The position numbers and the translations under genes are program-made. DNA of 64,000 bases from the NCBI GenBank assembly GCA_964342815.1, contig CAYFHS010000002.1:278282-342281 (forward strand), read 5' to 3'. Shown piece after piece: positions 59,801 through 64,000 of this stretch. The stretch comes from an uncultured archaeon. GTDB taxonomy: Archaea > Thermoplasmatota > Penumbrarchaeia > JASLWR01. The notes below the pieces were generated by a model. It was not told the origin of the DNA and searched no databases. It was given only the letters and a program-made list of their open reading frames with translations. Numbering within the stretch: position 1 is the stretch's first letter; each line of letters starts with the position of its first letter.

Positions 59801-61772
59801 TACGAACTATTATGATAGGTCCACTTTATCCAATCATTTCAACATCACCGTGATGAACGTGAACGATCCGCCCGTGGTGGAGCTGCTCTCACCCTTGGAC
59901 CGCTCGGTAATCGCCGAGCGCAGCGTAACTCTGTCATGGAATGCAACCGACATAGATAACGATCTCGCGGATCTCTCCTATGATATTTACTTCAGCGATG
60001 ATCCCTCGGTTCCACTCTATAAATCGGGCGTCAAAGGCTTAAATTACACTATTGATTCTCTCGAGGATGGTAAAAGATATTTTTGGTATGTTATCCCCCA
60101 TGACCGAGAACGTAATGGAACCTGTATAAACCATTCAAATAGTTTCACTGTAAGCACTGCAGCGCTAATTTTACTCCTACCGGAAAATGGGGCGATACTC
60201 AACGCTACGGGAATCGATCTCAAATGGCATTTGATAAATACGAATGAAGCATGGAAGAAATACCATATCTATATGGGCAGTACCTCGAAGGACCTTCTCG
60301 AAACGAACGTAACATACGATGAATATTTCTCAATAAACCTGCCGAATATCAACGATACCTATTTTTGGAAGATCATTGCTGAGATTGGCGATACGAACCG
60401 TTCCATTGAAAGCGAGGTCTGGTCGTTCTCTACGAAAAAGGTATTCGTCCCTGTTCACGATATAAAAATATCATTTACGGAGGACCGTGTAAGTGGATTT
60501 CAAAGCAGCAACATAACCGTGGAGCTCAATATCTCCAATCGCGGTAATGTCAAGGAAGAGATTATTATCGAAATTATCGGTGAATTGGCTGGCAAAGTGG
60601 GGCACGAACCCACCATATTACTTGCCCCTGGCCAACAGATATTTCTGACAATGAAACTAAAAATGGAATATATAAAGCATGCAAAAGTCTACCTTCTTCA
60701 GGCAAGAGCGACGTATTCCGGTGAGAGCACCGAGGCAGAACTGGAGGTAGATATTGCGCTGGAGCAAAGCTCTCTGGATATAAAAAGCTCTTCGGGATGG
60801 GTCTGGATAACTATAGCAATATTATTTATTCTGGTCATTGTTGTGATTTTACTACTTATTATCAGACGTTCTGGAAAAAAGAAAAAAGAACGACTCGATC
60901 CGGATATAGATATCCCTGAAACGGAAAAGATCGATAAAGCGAAGGAAACAAACGTTAAAGCAGCTGGCTTCGCCGCCGTTGAATCCCAATCTTCTTACAC
61001 TCCCTACAGTGAAATTTCCAATATGGAAGCCTTCACAGTGAAAACGCATGATGATTTCGGCTTCCAAGGTGGAATAACCCCTCCTGCACCAGCTGAAACC
61101 CGGCGCTATGATTACCGGAAAACCCGAACCGGATCCAAAAAGGGAACTGTGGACGATGGACCTCGAGTTACAGATGGTGATGAAGAGAAAACCATCGTAC
61201 CGGAAATTGAGGTGCTGCCGCCCAAGCCCATGGAAAAGCTGGAGTCCTTCCTGAAAAGTTCCCGAATTGAACGGAAACAATCCCTTCCTACGGCGGAAAT
61301 AGATGTTCCGACATTGCTCGAGCCTCCATCAACCGAGGATGCAGGTCATCCCACCCCTGCTCTTCCCGAATTCTCGTCTGATTCGTATCCCGAACCACTG
61401 CCTTCTTCTTATGAGGACCCCCCGTTTTCTACCTATGAACCCCCTTCGCTTTCTTCTTCTGAGGATTCCCCGTCTCCTACCTATGAACCCCCTTCGCCTT
61501 CTTCTTATGAAGATCCCCAATCTTCTACCTATGAACCCCCTTCACCTTCTTCTTCTGAAGATCCCTCGTCTCCTACCTATGAACCCCCTTCACCTTCCTC
61601 GTTTGAAGAGCCCCCTCCAACGGAACTTGATGATTTCACTGGTATTGATGGAACCGACACCATGGATGATGAGGTCTCGCCCCTATCGTCAGGGGATAAT
61701 GTTCTGGATGCATTTTCCAAATATTTGGAAAAAATGCCGGACTATCTTCCCCCATCCGATGATAAAAAATAA
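56862..61772 (+). CDS. Very large single-pass surface protein: two DUF2341-like domains, cadherin/FN3/CARDB-like domains, TM, long Pro/Ser-rich cytoplasmic tail
   Basis: Two copies of GEDIRF...L.(H/Y)WIE.WN...VW...P...MYYG.P..G..VF.FFDDF; NVNDPP; TM + RRSGKKKK. Confidence 0.82.
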   Translation: MSRIGVMGTVMLLLVNLLIGNLLIPVELSEEESNTANIKKVLKTPDWREDTRGPAMESDPQGGSWYDDFNDFGGLNQSENVTIINSIARSSQRAYRVPVTLVNNGELLRDFQVKININESFFDYTKAEPNGEDIRFTHENGVKLDHWIEKWNEDGNSTVWVRIPDLPEGSTTVRMYYGCPEAEDGSDGSAVFDFFDDFSFYDDAKWVSTGTSSVNNGYLTVRTGAVYSRNTASNQPGKICEAKLKWNNFAHFSGLCMGSTHSTQGSNAGSDKIVYLMTNMGGDPSIRAWAGSGDEATYDIISGATQYTATQGVEHTMGFTLTDTNLSFQMNSATTNNYIGTWSGPFYIWLGFFTGSRGGNTDISDVSVDRVMVRKIGENPETIFGQEEQNPSSYMISQSISLPDRMRWEFLTLAKTETNDSKITVSILNAATNSTIAGFDNITGNALILSNLSETEIQLKAVFNGSGPSRSTMGSWGIEWVDESAWRDSFIGGEKIDRHRGVSVGNGRVKLDHWRYRRPIEISYAGENLNDFQLMIPFNNTYFDHSKAKSAGEDIRFYDEGGYELPYWIEHWNLAGYSKVWINKPSIRNGSSIIWMYYGNPDAERKSNGELVFDFFDDFNGYTLNLSKWNVPDNTGWSIVGGRLKGTNNNGRILSKAKFSNPIVQEVKTRISTRPPNGFQGAGFYSSNNNCFGYLCHPGGDWLRNEGSWVFLGAEHVGLNQWHDMRITAKSATQVNIDIKNFETGADVYNQDFTNAVWNERIALGRRSDDSGLDQAYEAYWEYVRARKFASVEPLINIGDEYANPAPFISSIPISLPENMLWSTLSLNKTEPGSMQINLSVIDSSNRTIKGFENLTNSTMDIDRFNDLNLSEIRLKVHYFGTGIKLPILNSWSVNWSGILAPRLLFEIPDMEIQEDTTEANILNLTTYILDIYKDRGPTVFALEYVSDTQNISLAINDSILHLHDLRTNWLGFIEVVVNCTNYYDRSTLSNHFNITVMNVNDPPVVELLSPLDRSVIAERSVTLSWNATDIDNDLADLSYDIYFSDDPSVPLYKSGVKGLNYTIDSLEDGKRYFWYVIPHDRERNGTCINHSNSFTVSTAALILLLPENGAILNATGIDLKWHLINTNEAWKKYHIYMGSTSKDLLETNVTYDEYFSINLPNINDTYFWKIIAEIGDTNRSIESEVWSFSTKKVFVPVHDIKISFTEDRVSGFQSSNITVELNISNRGNVKEEIIIEIIGELAGKVGHEPTILLAPGQQIFLTMKLKMEYIKHAKVYLLQARATYSGESTEAELEVDIALEQSSLDIKSSSGWVWITIAILFILVIVVILLLIIRRSGKKKKERLDPDIDIPETEKIDKAKETNVKAAGFAAVESQSSYTPYSEISNMEAFTVKTHDDFGFQGGITPPAPAETRRYDYRKTRTGSKKGTVDDGPRVTDGDEEKTIVPEIEVLPPKPMEKLESFLKSSRIERKQSLPTAEIDVPTLLEPPSTEDAGHPTPALPEFSSDSYPEPLPSSYEDPPFSTYEPPSLSSSEDSPSPTYEPPSPSSYEDPQSSTYEPPSPSSSEDPSSPTYEPPSPSSFEEPPPTELDDFTGIDGTDTMDDEVSPLSSGDNVLDAFSKYLEKMPDYLPPSDDKK
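61401..61615 (+). repeat. 48-bp (16-aa) intragenic tandem repeat, about 4.4 copies
   Basis: ACCTATGAACCCCCTTC at 61431, 61479, 61527 and 61575. Confidence 0.9.
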
Positions 61773-61778
61773 AATTTT

Positions 61779-62522
61779 TCATTCACCCATTGCCGGATCC
61801 TCGAGCCCCGCTTCATGGAAAGCCCTTTTCCGGAGTATGCAACTATCGCACCTGCCGCACGGCCGCTCCTGGTCGGAATAGCAGCTCCATGTGAACTGGT
61901 AAGGTACGCCCAATTTATGTCCCAGGCGTATAATCTCGCTCTTTTTCATGTTCAGAAGAGGCGTTTTTATCGTTATCGGATCCCCCTCCACTCCTCTGCG
62001 TGTGGCCAGATCAGCCATTTTCTGATACGCCTCGATGTATTCCGGGCGGCAATCGGGGTAGCCGCTATAATCCACCGCATTCACACCGATATATATCGAA
62101 TCGGCCCCCAGTACCTCGGCCCAACCAAGGGCTATAGACAGAAAAATAGTGTTCCGGGCGGGAACGTAACTGAGCGGGATATCACGCATCTCTTCCTCTT
62201 TCCGGTCCATGGGGATATTGATCCCATCCTCGGTCAGAGCGCTGCCTCCTATCTTAGCCAGATCCATCTGGAATATTTTATGTTCCGTGATCCGGAAGTG
62301 AGCGGCGATCTTTTTTGCATACATCAATTCACGTTTCAGGGTTTGGCCGTAATCGAAGGAAAGGGCGGAAGTCTCGTGATTCTCATGCGCCGCGAGAGCA
62401 CATACGGTGGACGAATCGAGTCCTCCACTGAGAAGTATTACTGCCTTTTTAACCTCATTCGATCCCTTTGTTCCTTCCTCGGTCCAGCCCATCTCTATCC
62501 CTTCAAATTTAGCGAATACCAC
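61779..62522 (-). CDS. queC: 7-cyano-7-deazaguanine (preQ0) synthase
   Basis: LLSGGLDS, FDYGQ, YVPARNTIF, DYSGYPDCRPE, TWSCY...CGRCDSC. Confidence 0.96.
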   Translation of the reverse strand: MVFAKFEGIEMGWTEEGTKGSNEVKKAVILLSGGLDSSTVCALAAHENHETSALSFDYGQTLKRELMYAKKIAAHFRITEHKIFQMDLAKIGGSALTEDGINIPMDRKEEEMRDIPLSYVPARNTIFLSIALGWAEVLGADSIYIGVNAVDYSGYPDCRPEYIEAYQKMADLATRRGVEGDPITIKTPLLNMKKSEIIRLGHKLGVPYQFTWSCYSDQERPCGRCDSCILRKRAFHEAGLEDPAMGE

Positions 62523-62983
62523 GCACCCTGCCCGGGTCCTTCATCCACCCCAAGCTTGAGTGAATCGAGGTTTCCAATATCTTTCAACCGTTTTGAGAGT
62601 TCGTGAGCCAGATAGTCTGCCAGCATTTCAGCCGAGCTGGAAGATATCTGTAAAACAATGATATCTTCGGAGGGAAATACATATCGTTTATCGCTCCAAT
62701 TAAGTTCAACAGATTCATCACCCATGACCATATCAATATCATGGTTCGTTGCGGGAATAATAATTCGATGGTCAAGTCGGCTCAGTATTTCTCTCAAGTA
62801 ATATTTGACAAGTGAGAAATCCACAACAACATCTTCTTCGTCCAGCTTTCCTTCCATTTCCAGGTGGACTGCATACGAATGACCGTGAAGTCTACCGCAT
62901 TTCTCGTGATGGGGGATGAAATGACAGGCCGAGAATCTCAGATCTTCCTTCCATCCGTCTAGTTTGATTATCATGTTCACCAC
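62495..62983 (-). CDS. queD: 6-carboxy-5,6,7,8-tetrahydropterin synthase
   Basis: FSACHF, CGRLHGHSY, VVDFS, LDHR, SSAEMLA. Confidence 0.92.
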   Translation of the reverse strand: MVNMIIKLDGWKEDLRFSACHFIPHHEKCGRLHGHSYAVHLEMEGKLDEEDVVVDFSLVKYYLREILSRLDHRIIIPATNHDIDMVMGDESVELNWSDKRYVFPSEDIIVLQISSSSAEMLADYLAHELSKRLKDIGNLDSLKLGVDEGPGQGAWYSLNLKG

Positions 62984-63207
62984 TTTTCAGAAGCTGGAAA
63001 GATGAATGTGGATGCGTGATATTTGTAATTTATCTTGATTTATCCCGCTAATTCGAACAAGACGTGCCAGTAATCTGGGATGAACTCCCTTCGAAGGCCG
63101 TCCAATCACGGGAGGTAAATTAGGCCAGTAATTGACATTGTCATTCCCGTTATCCACTGATAACGCAAACTTGAAATACCATAAAATTAATGTCGGCGGC
63201 TGGTGCG

Positions 63208-63234
63208 CCTGGGGAATTATAAACGTTCCCCAGG
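63208..63234 (+). promoter_or_regulatory. Candidate 23S rRNA promoter enclosed in a 9-bp inverted repeat
   Basis: CCTGGGGAA-TTATAAACG-TTCCCCAGG; purine-rich BRE-like segment followed by TTATAAA. Confidence 0.45.
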
Positions 63235-63319
63235 TAAGGGTATAGGGCCCAAAATACCAGTATTGGGTGCCAATGATTACCAAATCATATGCAATCTGGA
63301 CGCCAGTTGAGTCGATAAG

Positions 63320-64000
63320 CGGCTACTACGTCGTCTGGGGAATGGCTCGGCTCGGACGCCGATGAAGGTCGTGCCAAGCTGCGATATAGCTCGGGGTAGG
63401 CGCATGGAGCCTTTGAACCCGAGATTGCCGAATGGGACATCCCGGATGCAATAGCATTCAATCCTTCAGGATGGGGAACGCGGGGAATTGAAACATCTTA
63501 GTACCCGTAGGAAAAGAAATCAATAGAGATACCGTGAGTAAAGGCGATCGAAAGCGGTATAGGGCAAACCGAATCCCTTATGGAAACATAGGGGAGATGT
63601 GGAGTTGGAGATCCATTTACATCTTCGCTAATGAAGCTCGAAGTCTCCTGGAAAGGTACGCCATAGCGGGTGATAGCCCCGTAGAGAAGCATTAGAAAGA
63701 TGATTTTTGGATATCTCGAGTAGTGTGCGTTGGATATCGCGCATGAATGTGGGAGGCACTAACTTCCAACCCTAAATACGTTCCGAGACCGATAGTGTAC
63801 TAGTAGCGTGAGTGAAAGCTGAAAAGTACCGTGGAAGCGAAGTGCAAAGAGCCTGAAATCAGACGACAATAGCCTTATATGGCAAGAAACGAAAGAAGCA
63901 TTTATTTGTGGACCGCTGTCATATTGTCCGTTTCGAATAACGGGCCAGGGAGTTCCGATCAATGGCGAGGTTAAGTGGATAACCCCGGAGCCGTAGGGAA
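63320..64000 (+). rRNA. rrl: 23S rRNA, 5' part, truncated at the window edge; 5' end approximate
   Basis: Archaeal LSU signatures GAATGGCTCGGCTC, GATGAAGGTCGTGCCAAGCTGCGAT, GGGGAATTGAAACATCTTAGTACCC, CCTAAATAC...GACCGATAG, CCGTTTCGAATAACGGGCCAGGGAG. Confidence 0.97.

Noticed and set aside
61401-61615. CRISPR array at the 48-bp repeat
   Set aside because: The repeat is in frame within a CDS, degenerate, and lacks unique spacers.

Overview
Archaeal genomic window, most consistent with an uncultured Thermoplasmatota. Support: rps3ae, DGGGP synthase, Taw1/TYW1, archaeal AsnRS and KptA, a DUF5611-like protein, and a 23S rRNA gene with no 16S upstream. From left to right it holds: (1) a Wood-Ljungdahl cluster on the minus strand (CooF-like ferredoxin, one 1373-aa ORF fusing a bacterial-type CooS/AcsA CO dehydrogenase to a bacterial-type AcsB acetyl-CoA synthase, then acsD and a truncated acsC); (2) kptA and a heat-shock locus (ArsR-type regulator, dnaK, dnaJ, no grpE); (3) a CPBP-family peptidase followed by a very large frameshifted membrane protein; (4) a bacterial-style pyrC-pyrK-pyrD-pyrF-pyrE operon; (5) rps3ae, map, asnS, a PqqD-like gene and a UbiD-family gene; (6) a vapBC module; (7) about 30 kb rich in large C-terminally anchored surface proteins, interleaved with queH, DNA-repair and tRNA-modifying radical SAM genes, ubiA and osmC; (8) a divergent FtsZ paralogue lacking the T7 catalytic loop; (9) queD-queC and the 5' end of a stand-alone 23S rRNA gene. 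The most notable items are the CODH-ACS fusion, the T7-less FtsZ with an N-terminal extension, a family of REP-like intergenic hairpin elements at three loci, and queH in an archaeon. No CRISPR array, tRNA gene or transposase was found. All family assignments come from reading motifs; no database search was run.
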